A DNA stretch of 64,000 nucleotides from Gemmatimonadales bacterium. Its GTDB lineage: Bacteria > Gemmatimonadota > Gemmatimonadetes > Gemmatimonadales > GWC2-71-9. How positions within the stretch are numbered: position 1 is the stretch's first letter; each line of letters starts with the position of its first letter. Under the pieces are notes generated by a model. The model was not told the origin of the DNA and ran no database searches. It saw nothing but the letters and a program-made list of their open reading frames with translations. Both the position numbers and the translations under genes were made by a program. This document shows, piece after piece, positions 37,661-47,058 of the stretch. The stretch spans positions 1,452 to 65,451 of the forward strand of contig JBFJHJ010000001.1 of NCBI GenBank assembly GCA_041613315.1. Direction: 5' to 3'.

Positions 37661-37768
37661 TCCCCGCGGCCCACCGTTTCGCTCCCGTTCACCATTCTCC
37701 GGCGCCCCGCGTCCACCGCCGGTCGGCCTTCCGGGTCGGCGTCGCGCCCCCGATGGGGGGCGACCGCC

Positions 37769-38380
37769 ATGTTCATCGAGCTCGCTGAGTTCCTTCGCTG
37801 CCCCGAGGGGCACCCGGACGAGCCGTATTGTGTGGTGGCGCCGGACGTCATGGTGGAGCGGCGCGTCGTGCGGGGCTCCGTCGGCTGCCCGGTGTGCCGC
37901 CGGGAATACGGAATCGCCGCCGGTGTGGTCGATTTCGGTGCGGGGTTCGGCGGCGCACCGCCCGCGACGGAGCCCGCCGGTGGGGGAGCGCTCCCGGACG
38001 CGGCGGTCGTGCAGGCGCTCCTGGGGCTGGAGAGCACCGGTGGGTACGTGGTCCTGTTCGGGTCGGCGGCGCACCTGGCGATGGGGTTGGCGGCGCTACG
38101 GCCGGGGGTCCATCTCGTGGGGGTGAATGCGCCGCCCGAGGTGGAGCCGTCGCCGGCCTTCAGCCTCCTCCGGCATCCCGCAGTCGCCCCGTTGCGATCG
38201 GCGATGGCGCGAGGCGTCGTCATGGGGCGTGAGACGACCGTGCCGTCATGGTTGGCCGAGGGCGCTCGGGTCTTGCTTCGTGGGCAGCGGCTCGTCGCGC
38301 TGCGAGAAGCGGTGGCGGTGCCAGGCGTGGCGACGTTGGCGGACGGTCAGGGGCTTTGGGTGGGCCAGAAGACGTTATGA
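37769..38380 (+). CDS. Trm112-like zinc-ribbon domain protein with C-terminal extension
   Basis: FLRCPEG...GSVGCPVCRREYGIAAGVVDF matches the Trm112p-like pattern. The C-terminal half has no clear motif. Confidence 0.5.
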   Translation: MFIELAEFLRCPEGHPDEPYCVVAPDVMVERRVVRGSVGCPVCRREYGIAAGVVDFGAGFGGAPPATEPAGGGALPDAAVVQALLGLESTGGYVVLFGSAAHLAMGLAALRPGVHLVGVNAPPEVEPSPAFSLLRHPAVAPLRSAMARGVVMGRETTVPSWLAEGARVLLRGQRLVALREAVAVPGVATLADGQGLWVGQKTL

Positions 38381-38390
38381 CGTGGTGCCG

Positions 38391-40196
38391 TCAGTCTACT
38401 TCCTCGTAGAGCTGATCGATACGGTCCTGGTAGTGCTCTTCGACCACCCGTCGCTTGACCTTGAGCGTCGGGGTCAACTCACCGCTCTCGATGGTGAAGT
38501 CGTTCCGGATCACGAGGACCTTCTTCGGCATCTCGAAGCTGGCCAGGTCCCGGAGATTTCCCATCACCTCCCGCTCGAGTTTCGCCACCACGTCCGGCTG
38601 CTGCAGGAACTCGTCGACGTCGCCCACCGGTAGGCGGCGGTCCGCAGCCCACTCCCTGAGCGCGTCCATGTTGGGCACGACCAGCAGCGCGGGGAAGCGC
38701 CGCTTGTTGCCGATCATCACGGCGTTCAGCACGAACTTGTTCGTCTTGATCAGGTTTTCGATCGGCTGCGGCGCCACCTTCTTCCCACCGGCCGTTACGA
38801 TCAAGTCCTTCTTCCGGTCGGTGATCTTCAGGAATCCGTCCTCGTCGATCGTGCCGATATCGCCCGTGTGGAGCCAGCCGTCGGCATCGATCGCATCGGC
38901 CGTCGCGTCGGGTTGCTGGTAATAGCCCGCCATGATGTTCGGTCCGCGGGCGAGGACCTCGCCGTCCTCGGCGATGCGGACCTCGACGCCGGGGATCGGT
39001 CGGCCCACGGTGCCGATACGCGGCTCCTCGAGCGTATTCACGGTGATCACCGGCGAGCTTTCCGTCAGCCCGTACCCCTCCAAAATCGGGAGGCCGGCGG
39101 CGAAAAAGAACTTCGCGATCTCAGCGTTGAGGGGCGCCCCCCCTGAGACGAAGAACCGGATCCGGTTGCCGGTCCGGGCGCGGAGCTTGGAGAACACCAA
39201 GCGGTCGGCGAGGCGCTTCTTGGTGGCGAGCCAGGCGGGCACGGAGCCGACGCCCAGTTTACGCTCGACCCACGTTTCCGCGTTGCGCTTGGCCCAGAAG
39301 AAGATCCGGCGCTTGAGCGTGCTTCCTCTCATCGCACTCTCCAGGACGCGGGCGTAGATCTTCTCGAACAGGCGCGGCACCGAAAGCACCACCGTGGGCC
39401 GCACCTCCTGGAGGTTGTCCGCCACCTTGTCGATGCTCTCGGCGTAGTTGATGGTCACGCCCGAGTAAAACATCGTGTAGTGCCCCGCCATGCGCTCGAA
39501 GCTGTGGGAGAGGGGGAGGAGCGAGAGGCACGAGTCATCGGGTCCCACCGCCAGCATCGTGAGCGCGCTCACCACGTTCGAGGCGAAGTTGTGGTGCGTC
39601 AGCCTCACGCCTTTCGGCACGCCGGTCGTGCCCGACGTGTAGATCAGCGTGGCGAGGTCGTGCGGGGCCGCCGCCAGGGCCTCCTCCCGGTACGCCGGGT
39701 GCCTTCCCTCCGCGTTGGCGCCCCGCTGCAGCAGCTCCCGAAAACTCAGGACGCCGCGACCTTCCATGCCTTCCCGGACATCGAACACGATCACGTGCGC
39801 CAGCTCGGGGAGCTCGGCGCGCACCTCCGCAACCTTGTCGAATTGCTCGTCGTTCTCGACGAAGATCGCCCGCGACCCGGAGTCACGGAGCAGGTACGCG
39901 GCCTGTGCCGCCGGCAGCGTGGGGTAGATCGGTACGTCGGCCGCGAGGGCCGTGAGGCAGGCGAAATCCGCGATGGCCCATTCCGGCCGGTTGTTCGACA
40001 GGATGGCAACCCGATCGCCGGGCCGGATGCCGAGCTCGCGCAGACCGAGCGCTGTCCGATGGACGCGGCGCGCCAACTCCTGATGGGGGAGATCGTGCCA
40101 CTCGCCATCCGCTTTGAAGCGCACGGCCGCGCGTTTCGTGCTAAAGCGGTCCACGGCCTCGAAGAAGAGCTGGTTCAGCGTCTGCGGCCCGTTCAC
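38391..40196 (-). CDS. fadD: Long-chain fatty acid-CoA ligase (AMP-dependent synthetase)
   Basis: GTG 40196 (VNGPQTLNQLF...) is in frame with ORF 38391..40625. AMP-binding motif LIYTSGTTGVPKGV, plus GYGLTE and TGDIG. GTGA overlap with the upstream gene. Confidence 0.9.
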   Translation of the reverse strand: MNGPQTLNQLFFEAVDRFSTKRAAVRFKADGEWHDLPHQELARRVHRTALGLRELGIRPGDRVAILSNNRPEWAIADFACLTALAADVPIYPTLPAAQAAYLLRDSGSRAIFVENDEQFDKVAEVRAELPELAHVIVFDVREGMEGRGVLSFRELLQRGANAEGRHPAYREEALAAAPHDLATLIYTSGTTGVPKGVRLTHHNFASNVVSALTMLAVGPDDSCLSLLPLSHSFERMAGHYTMFYSGVTINYAESIDKVADNLQEVRPTVVLSVPRLFEKIYARVLESAMRGSTLKRRIFFWAKRNAETWVERKLGVGSVPAWLATKKRLADRLVFSKLRARTGNRIRFFVSGGAPLNAEIAKFFFAAGLPILEGYGLTESSPVITVNTLEEPRIGTVGRPIPGVEVRIAEDGEVLARGPNIMAGYYQQPDATADAIDADGWLHTGDIGTIDEDGFLKITDRKKDLIVTAGGKKVAPQPIENLIKTNKFVLNAVMIGNKRRFPALLVVPNMDALREWAADRRLPVGDVDEFLQQPDVVAKLEREVMGNLRDLASFEMPKKVLVIRNDFTIESGELTPTLKVKRRVVEEHYQDRIDQLYEEVD

Positions 40197-40612
40197 GAGC
40201 GGTCTCCGAAGCGCGGCGCGTCCGGCCGTGAGGGACGGCGGCCGAGCACCGTGGTCCGCGCCGGGGCGACCGGGGCGCTGACGGTGATCGTGATCGCACC
40301 GGACTGCAGGGTCTCGACTCGGGCCACGACGCGGCCCGTGCCGGCCGCGATGCCGGTGACGACTCCCGTCGTGGACTCCAGCGTGAAGCCCGCCTGCTCG
40401 GGCGCATCCAACTGCTCCCACACGATCGCCGCCTCGGGCACCTGGTCCCCGCGCGCGGTCAGGGCCCGGGCCTCGAGCGTCACGGTTTCGCCCACGACGA
40501 TCTGGCGGGTCAGGCTGCCGATGATCTCGATCGCCACGATCCGGTCCAGGTCGCCCCTGAGCACCGTGCACGCCCCGGCGGCCAGGACGGCGATGGCGAG
40601 CCGCGGATTCAC
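40193..40612 (-). CDS. Lipoprotein with bacterial Ig-like (Big_2-type) domain
   Basis: MNPRLAIAVLAAGAC carries a lipobox. VGETVTLEARALTARGDQV...TGVVTGIAAGTGRVVARV is Big_2-like. The GTG start overlaps the TPR gene stop. Confidence 0.55.
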   Translation of the reverse strand: MNPRLAIAVLAAGACTVLRGDLDRIVAIEIIGSLTRQIVVGETVTLEARALTARGDQVPEAAIVWEQLDAPEQAGFTLESTTGVVTGIAAGTGRVVARVETLQSGAITITVSAPVAPARTTVLGRRPSRPDAPRFGDRS

Positions 40613-41043
40613 CGCGCCTCCTCACGCCTGAGTTGGGTGACCGTGTGGCGCGCGTGCTCGATCCACTTCGCGGCGTCGGGGCCGCGCGGCGGGCGGTGGA
40701 GGAACAGCTTCAGGTGGTGGATCGCCCCGTCCGTCTCCCCACGTTTGAGCAGGAGGAACGCGAGGCCATAATGCGCGCCCCCCAACTCTCCATCGACGTC
40801 GAGCGCCTTCCGGTAATGACGGATCGCCTCGTCGATCTGGTTGGTCTTGGTGAAGGCGATCGCCATGTTCTGCAGCACCCGCGGGTCGTTCGGATGGTCG
40901 CGCAGGGCGAGGCGATACGAGGTCAATGCGGCGTCATAATCGCCCTGGCGCTCGAGCGCCAGCGCCTCGTTCAAGTAGTCGAGACGCTGAGGCCTGAGGG
41001 CCGAGTTGCGGCGGCGGCCGAAGATTCGGTTCCAGAACCCCAT
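40609..41043 (-). CDS. Tetratricopeptide-repeat protein
   Basis: Start at ATG 41043 (MGFWNRIFG...) within ORF 40609..41577, with three TPR-like units (YLNEALALERQGDYDAALTSYRLAL...). Confidence 0.75.
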   Translation of the reverse strand: MGFWNRIFGRRRNSALRPQRLDYLNEALALERQGDYDAALTSYRLALRDHPNDPRVLQNMAIAFTKTNQIDEAIRHYRKALDVDGELGGAHYGLAFLLLKRGETDGAIHHLKLFLHRPPRGPDAAKWIEHARHTVTQLRREEAR

Positions 41044-41169
41044 CTGGAGCGGGAAGATACCGACTGTCCCGGCCCGCCCGCCACCCTGGCGCGTCCCCTC
41101 ACCCCCTCCACGGTCCCGCCGCACGTGCGTCAGTTGTTCTCGCCTGTCCCCCCGGCTATATCTCAGCGC

Positions 41170-41700
41170 ATGAGCATGCCCTCCGGCGCCGGCACCCATC
41201 GTGACGTGCTCGAAGTCGACTGGGCGTTCTTCGGCGAATTGTGTCGTGCGCTGGCGCTGCGGATCGCCCGGAGCTACGACCCAGAGCTCGTTCTGGGGAT
41301 CGCCAAAGCCGGCGTGATCCCCGGGGCCGTGGTCGCGTCCATCCTTCAACGGGATTTCGCCTCCATGGCGATCACTCGTCCCGACGCGGCCCGGAGACCG
41401 ACCCTCGTCACCGAGCCGCCCCCAAGCGTCGCGGGCCGGCGCGTACTGATCGTGGACGAGACCTGCGATTCGGGTGACACCCTGAAGCTGGCGCTGTCGG
41501 CGGTCCGGCGGCGGGGTCCGGCGGAGGTGCGGACCGCGGTGTCGTTCACCACGGGGCGCTATCCCGTGGATTTTCACGCCCTTGCGACGGAGAGCTACAT
41601 CATCCTGCCGTGGGATCGGGAGGTGATTCTGGACGGCGCGCTGCGGATGAGGCCCGACTACGCCGCGCAGCTCGAGGCGGTCCGGCCACGCGAACCGTAG
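41170..41700 (+). CDS. Phosphoribosyltransferase-family protein
   Basis: Start at ATG 41170 in frame with ORF 40633..41700. PRPP-binding motif RVLIVDETCDSGDT. Confidence 0.8.
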   Translation: MSMPSGAGTHRDVLEVDWAFFGELCRALALRIARSYDPELVLGIAKAGVIPGAVVASILQRDFASMAITRPDAARRPTLVTEPPPSVAGRRVLIVDETCDSGDTLKLALSAVRRRGPAEVRTAVSFTTGRYPVDFHALATESYIILPWDREVILDGALRMRPDYAAQLEAVRPREP

Positions 41701-41706
41701 CAGCGA

Positions 41707-42264
41707 TCAGCTTCGGAGAATCGCCTCGTAGTCTTGGCCCGCGCTGAGGGCCTCGTACACCGTGTCCAGCGTGCCGGGCGCACCGGCCACGAACCGGCAC
41801 TGCCGATCGTTCCGGGACCGGCACTCCACTTCCATGATGGCGACCGTGTCGCCGCCCGCCACGCGCGTGAGAAAGTCCGCCAACAGTCCTGCCGAGAAAT
41901 GGCAACTTGGCACCGCGGCGTCGGAACCGGGTTCTGCCTCGGCCCAATCCGGGGATGACAGGGCGAGCCCCGCGTTTCCCAACTTCTCGAGCGTGAGCGA
42001 CCCCCAACCCTGTTCCCGGAAGAATGCGGAGAGCGCGTCACCGAGCGCCGACGCGTCGAGGCCATCCACGTCGGCGACGCCCGCATGGTCGCGAAGCCAC
42101 CCCGTGAAGCTCAGGTACAGCTCCTCGCCGGCCGCGTAGCCCATCTCATGCAAGCAGGCCGCCGCGTGCTCGCCGAGATCGCGCTCGAGGGCGCGGCGCG
42201 ATGCGTGCAGGGCCTTGTGCCCGATACGAACGAGGCCGTGGTTGGTGTGGGAGCCTGAGGGCAT
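41707..42264 (-). CDS. V4R (4-vinyl reductase-like) domain protein
   Basis: The C-terminal pattern SCHFSAGLLADFL...VECRSRNDRQCRFV is typical of V4R domains. Confidence 0.6.
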   Translation of the reverse strand: MPSGSHTNHGLVRIGHKALHASRRALERDLGEHAAACLHEMGYAAGEELYLSFTGWLRDHAGVADVDGLDASALGDALSAFFREQGWGSLTLEKLGNAGLALSSPDWAEAEPGSDAAVPSCHFSAGLLADFLTRVAGGDTVAIMEVECRSRNDRQCRFVAGAPGTLDTVYEALSAGQDYEAILRS

Positions 42265-42341
42265 GCCCCGCCGGAGGGTTGCGGACGGGCCAAGTTAGGG
42301 CGGACGCGTGACGCGGCGCAAGCCCGGGACCGCCGCGCGGC

Positions 42342-43136
42342 TCACTCGCTCTTCGCTTCCTCCGCCAAGACCGCCATGGTGATCTCCACCAGCCGCTCCA
42401 GCTCCTCGGCGGAGCTCCGGGGGAGGTGCCCCTCGGTCCAGGCGCCATCGCCTCGGGTGTACACTTCGAGCAGGCGACGCAGGTACTGGACGAGGGCCAG
42501 GCGTTTGAGCCCGGCGGGAGGATGGCGGCCCGCCGCCACCCCTCGCTGTCGCATCAGGCGATCGAAGCGGTAGGCGTTGCGCAGGGCCGTGGCGGCGAGA
42601 CCGGCGACGACACTTACAAAACGGATGTCGGCGTCGGAAAACGCCGGCCCGTCGCGGAAGGTGCGGAGGAAGATCGCGCCGATCACGGCCGTGCGCCAGC
42701 GAATCGGCACGACGGTGATGCTCTTCACCCGTCGGTTCTCGAGCGTGCCACGGATGTGCTTGAGCGCCGGATCGTCCTTGGCGTCCGGAATGAACACCGT
42801 TTCGCCGGACGCCAAGGCCCGGCGCAACTCCGGGTAGCGCTCGAGATCGACCAGGTAGTTCCGGATGGAGGGATCTTCATAGGACGCCACCAAACGGGCG
42901 GTGCGAGCGCCGCGTTCCGCTAGGAAGATGGAGCAGCGGTCGAGGCCAAATGTCTCGCCGAGCTTGCGCGTGATGGTCTGCAGGATGTCGACGAAATGGA
43001 GCGTGCCCGAGATCTCCTGGAGGATCTCGACGACCGCGAGGAGACGCGTACGTTCGTGCTCGAGCTCGCGCACCCGCGCTTCCAGCTCCTCGACGGACAA
43101 CGGCTCGCCGGTCCCATCCCCCATGACGGCTCCCAT
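42342..43136 (-). CDS. GAF domain protein
   Basis: Coiled N-terminus followed by a GAF-like core (ILQTITRKLGETFGLDRCSIFL...VVPIRWRTAVIGAIFL). Confidence 0.7.
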   Translation of the reverse strand: MGAVMGDGTGEPLSVEELEARVRELEHERTRLLAVVEILQEISGTLHFVDILQTITRKLGETFGLDRCSIFLAERGARTARLVASYEDPSIRNYLVDLERYPELRRALASGETVFIPDAKDDPALKHIRGTLENRRVKSITVVPIRWRTAVIGAIFLRTFRDGPAFSDADIRFVSVVAGLAATALRNAYRFDRLMRQRGVAAGRHPPAGLKRLALVQYLRRLLEVYTRGDGAWTEGHLPRSSAEELERLVEITMAVLAEEAKSE

Positions 43137-43165
43137 CAGTGCGTTGACGCTGAATTCTTGCGGTC

Positions 43166-43194
43166 TCGACGGAGCACCGTCAAGGCGCTACAAT
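43166..43194 (+). promoter_or_regulatory. Sigma-70-like promoter candidate for the YtxH-like gene
   Basis: TCGACG (43166-71), 17-nt spacer, TACAAT (43189-94). A strong AGGAGG precedes ATG 43278. Confidence 0.35.
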
Positions 43195-43277
43195 CCACAG
43201 AGCGCGCCGTGGCGCGTGATATTCGGCACATCCGAGCCCGGCGGCCCACGCCGCGGGGACGTTAGGAGGAGCGGGTC

Positions 43278-43619
43278 ATGGAACGCGAACGGGATATCGA
43301 TTTGGCGGAGGGCGACGAGCGCGGGGACGAGGAGTCGGCTGACCTGGTCGATGACAAGCGCGCCGGCTCGATCGCGGCCTTCGTGGGCGGGATGCTCATC
43401 GGGGGGCTCGTGGGCGCCGGCGTTGCCTTGCTCCTGGCGCCCGACCGTGGGGATGTGACGCGCCGGCGTGTGCGCCGCACCTTCACGGATCTCACGGAGG
43501 GGGCCCGCGAGCAGTTCGAGGGAGCCCGCGAGCACCTCGATGAGCTGCGCGACGACGCGCGACGCGAGCTGCGTCGCCAGCGACGCCGGCTGCACCGTCG
43601 CCGCAAGAGCCACGCCTAA
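43278..43619 (+). CDS. YtxH-like membrane-anchored protein
   Basis: One TM segment (IAAFVGGMLIGGLVGAGVALLLAP) followed by a charged helical tail. Confidence 0.65.
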   Translation: MERERDIDLAEGDERGDEESADLVDDKRAGSIAAFVGGMLIGGLVGAGVALLLAPDRGDVTRRRVRRTFTDLTEGAREQFEGAREHLDELRDDARRELRRQRRRLHRRRKSHA

Positions 43620-43643
43620 ACGCGCCGCGCCGTTCAGACGGAG

Positions 43644-44441
43644 CTACGGCCGGCGGAGACGCTCGAGTAGCTTGACCGCCTCCGCCTTGTAATACGGATC
43701 CATGACGTCGCTCGTGGGCGGCAGCGTCGCGGTCGTCTGAAGCTGGCGCACCGCGTCGGCGGTTCGGTCCATGTCCACGTAGACCTCCGCCAGCTCGAAG
43801 CGATGGAAAAGGTGATGCGGCTCGAGCTCGGCGGCGCGCTCGAGTTGGGCGGCCGCTGAATCCCACGTGGCCCGGGACATGAAGTCCGCCCCCAGGAGCG
43901 TCCGGGCGAAGAACTTCGTGATGCCCGACAGCCGCATGATCTCCGCGTGCCAGGCACCCAGCACGTGGTGTGCCCCGCCGTGCGCCGGGTCCAACGCGAG
44001 CGCCCGCGCGGCTTCATCGTAGATCTCCCTGGCGAACTGCACGCGCTCCTTGCCGCCGCGCGTCCGGGAGAGCCGCCCCAACGCCTGGGCGAGCTGGAAG
44101 TGGCCCTCCGCGCCATCGGGGTTCGCGCGCGTCGCCGCCTCCGCATACAGGCGCGCCACGTTGTAGAGGCTGTCGCGCAGCTGCCGCCGGCCGTCGTCCA
44201 GGATCTGCTTCGCGACGTCGGTCTGCGCGCGCGCGAACTTCCACATGGCGTCGTACGCGTCCGGGTTCTGCAGGAATGCGGCGCGATACTGCTCGAGCGC
44301 CTCGGCAGGCTTCAGCGCCGCGTGGAGACTGTCGCCTAGCCGCATGTGGGCGTCGAAGGACTGGCCCCGGGCGGCGCCCGCCGGCCAGGCGAGCAGCGAC
44401 AGGGCGGCGACGAAACGAACGACGCGCATGACGCACTCCAT
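43644..44441 (-). CDS. Secreted TPR-like helical-repeat protein
   Basis: Signal-like N-terminus (MRVVRFVAALSLLAWPAGAARGQ; alternative start at 44429) followed by repeated helical hairpins. Confidence 0.55.
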   Translation of the reverse strand: MECVMRVVRFVAALSLLAWPAGAARGQSFDAHMRLGDSLHAALKPAEALEQYRAAFLQNPDAYDAMWKFARAQTDVAKQILDDGRRQLRDSLYNVARLYAEAATRANPDGAEGHFQLAQALGRLSRTRGGKERVQFAREIYDEAARALALDPAHGGAHHVLGAWHAEIMRLSGITKFFARTLLGADFMSRATWDSAAAQLERAAELEPHHLFHRFELAEVYVDMDRTADAVRQLQTTATLPPTSDVMDPYYKAEAVKLLERLRRP

Positions 44442-44470
44442 TCGGTGATCCTACGGCGAGTGACCGCACA

Positions 44471-45823
44471 ATGTTCGTCATCCCCCTGATCGAGCGCAAG
44501 CGCGATGGCGGTGCGTTGACGCCGGACGAATGGTCGACGCTGATCGCGGCGTACACCGCCGGCCAGGTGCCCGACTACCAGATGGCGGCGCTCCTCATGG
44601 CCGCGTTTCATCACGGGCTCACGGCGGACGAGCTCGCCGCGCTCACGGACGCCATGAGCCGGTCGGGCGCGCGCCTTGCGTTCGGCGCGGAGATTCCCCC
44701 ACGGGTGGACAAACACTCGACGGGCGGCGTCGGGGACAAGGTGTCGCTGCTGCTCGCCCCCCTGGTCGCCTCCTGCGGCGTCGCCGTGCCGATGATGTCC
44801 GGGCGTGGCCTGGGGCACACGGGGGGCACGCTCGACAAGCTGGAGGCGATCCCGGGCTTCCGCACCGATCTCACCCTCGTGGAGGCGCGTCGGCAGGTGG
44901 AGCGGATCGGCTGCGCCATGCTGGGCCAGACCGCGGAGATCGCGCCCGCCGACCGCAAGTTGTACGCGCTGCGAGACGCGACGGCGACCGTCGAATCGGT
45001 CTTCCTGATAGCGGCGAGCATCATGTCGAAGAAACTCGCGGAGGGGCTGAACGGGCTCGTCCTCGACGTCAAGCGGGGGAGCGGCGCGTTCCTACCGGAG
45101 CTGGACGACGGCCTCGCCCTCGCGCGGATGATGATCGAGCTGGGGGAAGCGCGCGGCTGTCCGACCGTCGCGCTCCTCACGGCGATGGACCGCCCCCTGG
45201 GCCACGCCTGTGGGAACGCCCTCGAGACCGAGGAAGCGGTGGTGGGCCTCCGGGGCGAAGGCCCCCACGACCTGATGGAAGTCGTATACGTCCTGGGCGT
45301 CGAGATGCTGCTGCTGGCGGGCGTCGAGCGCGACCGGGGTGAGGCCCGGCGGACACTCGAGGCGGCCATCGGCGATGGGCGGGCCGCGGACCGGTTCCGC
45401 GCGGTCATCGAGGCCCAGGGCGGCAACCCGGCCGTGCTGGACGATCCGGCGGTGCTCCCCCAGGCGCCGGTGTCGGCGGTGTACGACGCCCCCGCCGCTG
45501 GGTACGTGACCCGCGTCGAGCCGCGGACGATCGGTCGGGCGGTGACCGCCTTGGGCGGCGGTCGCCGCACGATGGACGACACCATCGATCCGGCCGTCGG
45601 GTTCGTCATCACCGCCAAACCCGGGACCAGCGTCGAGCGCGGCGCCCCCCTGGCGACGATCTATGCCCGGGACGCGGACGGGCTCGCCGTCGGCCGCCAG
45701 GCCCTGGCGCGCGCGATCGCGATCGCCCCGGCCCCGCCGCAGGATCCCCTGCCGCTCGTATCGCATCGGGTCACGACGCAGGGGAGCGTGGAGCCGGCGG
45801 CGGAACCGCCGCGACGCGGTTAG
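44471..45823 (+). CDS. deoA: Thymidine/pyrimidine-nucleoside phosphorylase
   Basis: Motifs DKHSTGGVGDK and SGRGLGHTGGTLDKLE. 450 aa. Confidence 0.9.
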   Translation: MFVIPLIERKRDGGALTPDEWSTLIAAYTAGQVPDYQMAALLMAAFHHGLTADELAALTDAMSRSGARLAFGAEIPPRVDKHSTGGVGDKVSLLLAPLVASCGVAVPMMSGRGLGHTGGTLDKLEAIPGFRTDLTLVEARRQVERIGCAMLGQTAEIAPADRKLYALRDATATVESVFLIAASIMSKKLAEGLNGLVLDVKRGSGAFLPELDDGLALARMMIELGEARGCPTVALLTAMDRPLGHACGNALETEEAVVGLRGEGPHDLMEVVYVLGVEMLLLAGVERDRGEARRTLEAAIGDGRAADRFRAVIEAQGGNPAVLDDPAVLPQAPVSAVYDAPAAGYVTRVEPRTIGRAVTALGGGRRTMDDTIDPAVGFVITAKPGTSVERGAPLATIYARDADGLAVGRQALARAIAIAPAPPQDPLPLVSHRVTTQGSVEPAAEPPRRG

Positions 45824-45862
45824 CGGGTTGCCGAGAACAGGGAGGCCGTCGGCAGGGTCCGG

Positions 45863-46087
45863 CTAGCGCTTCGGGGTGCCTGGACCCCAGTCGGCGATCT
45901 CATCGGCATCGTCGGGCGACGCGAACGCGTCCGGCCCCCGCACCTCATGCTCTGCCTCGCCCAGCATCTCCCAATCCGTTTCGTCGTCGGGCTCGTCTGG
46001 GGGGGGCCGGCGTCGGCCGACGCCGAGGAACCACATGAGCACGGCGGCGAGGAGCAGCAGCAGGGCGAGGAGGGATCCGGGGCTCAT
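45863..46087 (-). CDS. Small membrane protein with acidic tail (74 aa)
   Basis: ATG 46087 overlaps the upstream stop (ATGA). MSPGSLLALLLLLAAVLMWFLGV is a TM segment followed by an Asp/Glu/Pro-rich tail. Confidence 0.45.
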   Translation of the reverse strand: MSPGSLLALLLLLAAVLMWFLGVGRRRPPPDEPDDETDWEMLGEAEHEVRGPDAFASPDDADEIADWGPGTPKR

Positions 46088-46494
46088 GCGGGGTCGGTCG
46101 TTCGGCGCCAGAACGCCGCGATACGCGCCGCGAGCTCGTCTCGTACGCGCCGGAACGCGTCCGGCTCCTCTCCGGGAGGCGCCGCCGCCGGGTCTGGGAG
46201 CGGCCACGCCTCACGCCGCGCCCGCGTGAACGCCACGGGACACTCCTCCTCCGCACACAAGGTGATCACCACGTCGGCGTCGGCCATCGGGATATCATCC
46301 AGACCCTTTGAGCGGTGCCCGCTGATGTCGATGCCGACGTCGCGCATCGCTTGCACCGCGCGGGGATGCAGAACACCGGGTCGGGAACCCGCAGAGTGGA
46401 TCGTCCAGCCATCCGGCGCGGTCGCGCGCGCCAGGCCCTCGGCGATCTGACTGCGGGCGGCGTTGGCGACGCAGAGGAAGACCAGCGACGGCAC
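46084..46494 (-). CDS. Low-molecular-weight phosphatase / ArsC-type arsenate reductase family protein
   Basis: Active-site CX5R(S/T) motif: VFLCVANAARSQIAEG. GTG 46494 is in frame with ORF 46084..46695. Confidence 0.8.
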   Translation of the reverse strand: MPSLVFLCVANAARSQIAEGLARATAPDGWTIHSAGSRPGVLHPRAVQAMRDVGIDISGHRSKGLDDIPMADADVVITLCAEEECPVAFTRARREAWPLPDPAAAPPGEEPDAFRRVRDELAARIAAFWRRTTDPA

Positions 46495-46511
46495 GGCGGC
46501 GTGCGTGAGGA

Positions 46512-46910
46512 TCAGAGCTTGTCGAGGGGGGTGTCCGTGCGCACCAAAACCAGGATGGCCGGTTGGGGCACGACCAGGTAGCGCTTTCCCTCGAACGTGA
46601 TCTCCACCGCGGCCTTGCGGAAGAAGAGGGCGAAGTCGCCGACCCGCGCCTGCATCGGGACGTAGCGGGGTTCGTGGGTGGCCCCCACCTTCCACGGCTC
46701 GTCGTCCAGCTCCGTGGGAGCGGAGGTCGGCGTACCGGGGCCCGTGGCCACGATCCGGCCGCTCTGCACAGCCTGCCGGTCGATCGCGGTCGGCGGCAGG
46801 TAGAGCCCCACGTTCGTGCGCTCCTCCCCCTCCTCCGGGACCACCAGCACGCGGTCGCCGACAACAACGAGCTTTTTCTTCGGAGAATCGGGCATCTCTA
46901 AATGAACCAC
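46512..46910 (-). CDS. Cpn10/GroES-like protein (stand-alone, with insertion)
   Basis: KLVVVGDRVLVVPEEGEERTNVGLYLP...GRIVATGPG is GroES-like. An extra ~30 aa segment precedes the last strands. An alternative start lies at 46895. Confidence 0.65.
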   Translation of the reverse strand: MVHLEMPDSPKKKLVVVGDRVLVVPEEGEERTNVGLYLPPTAIDRQAVQSGRIVATGPGTPTSAPTELDDEPWKVGATHEPRYVPMQARVGDFALFFRKAAVEITFEGKRYLVVPQPAILVLVRTDTPLDKL

Positions 46911-47058
46911 CGCCGTCGGGGGCCGCGCCAGGGCCGGGGGGACGAAGGCTGGCGCAGCGGGGGCCGCAGGGGCAGGGGCGAGGCCACCGCCCAGCCCGCC
47001 CCCAGCTGCCCCTCCGTCCCCTCTTCCCTTGCTGTTCCCTCGACCCCCTTGCCCAGGG

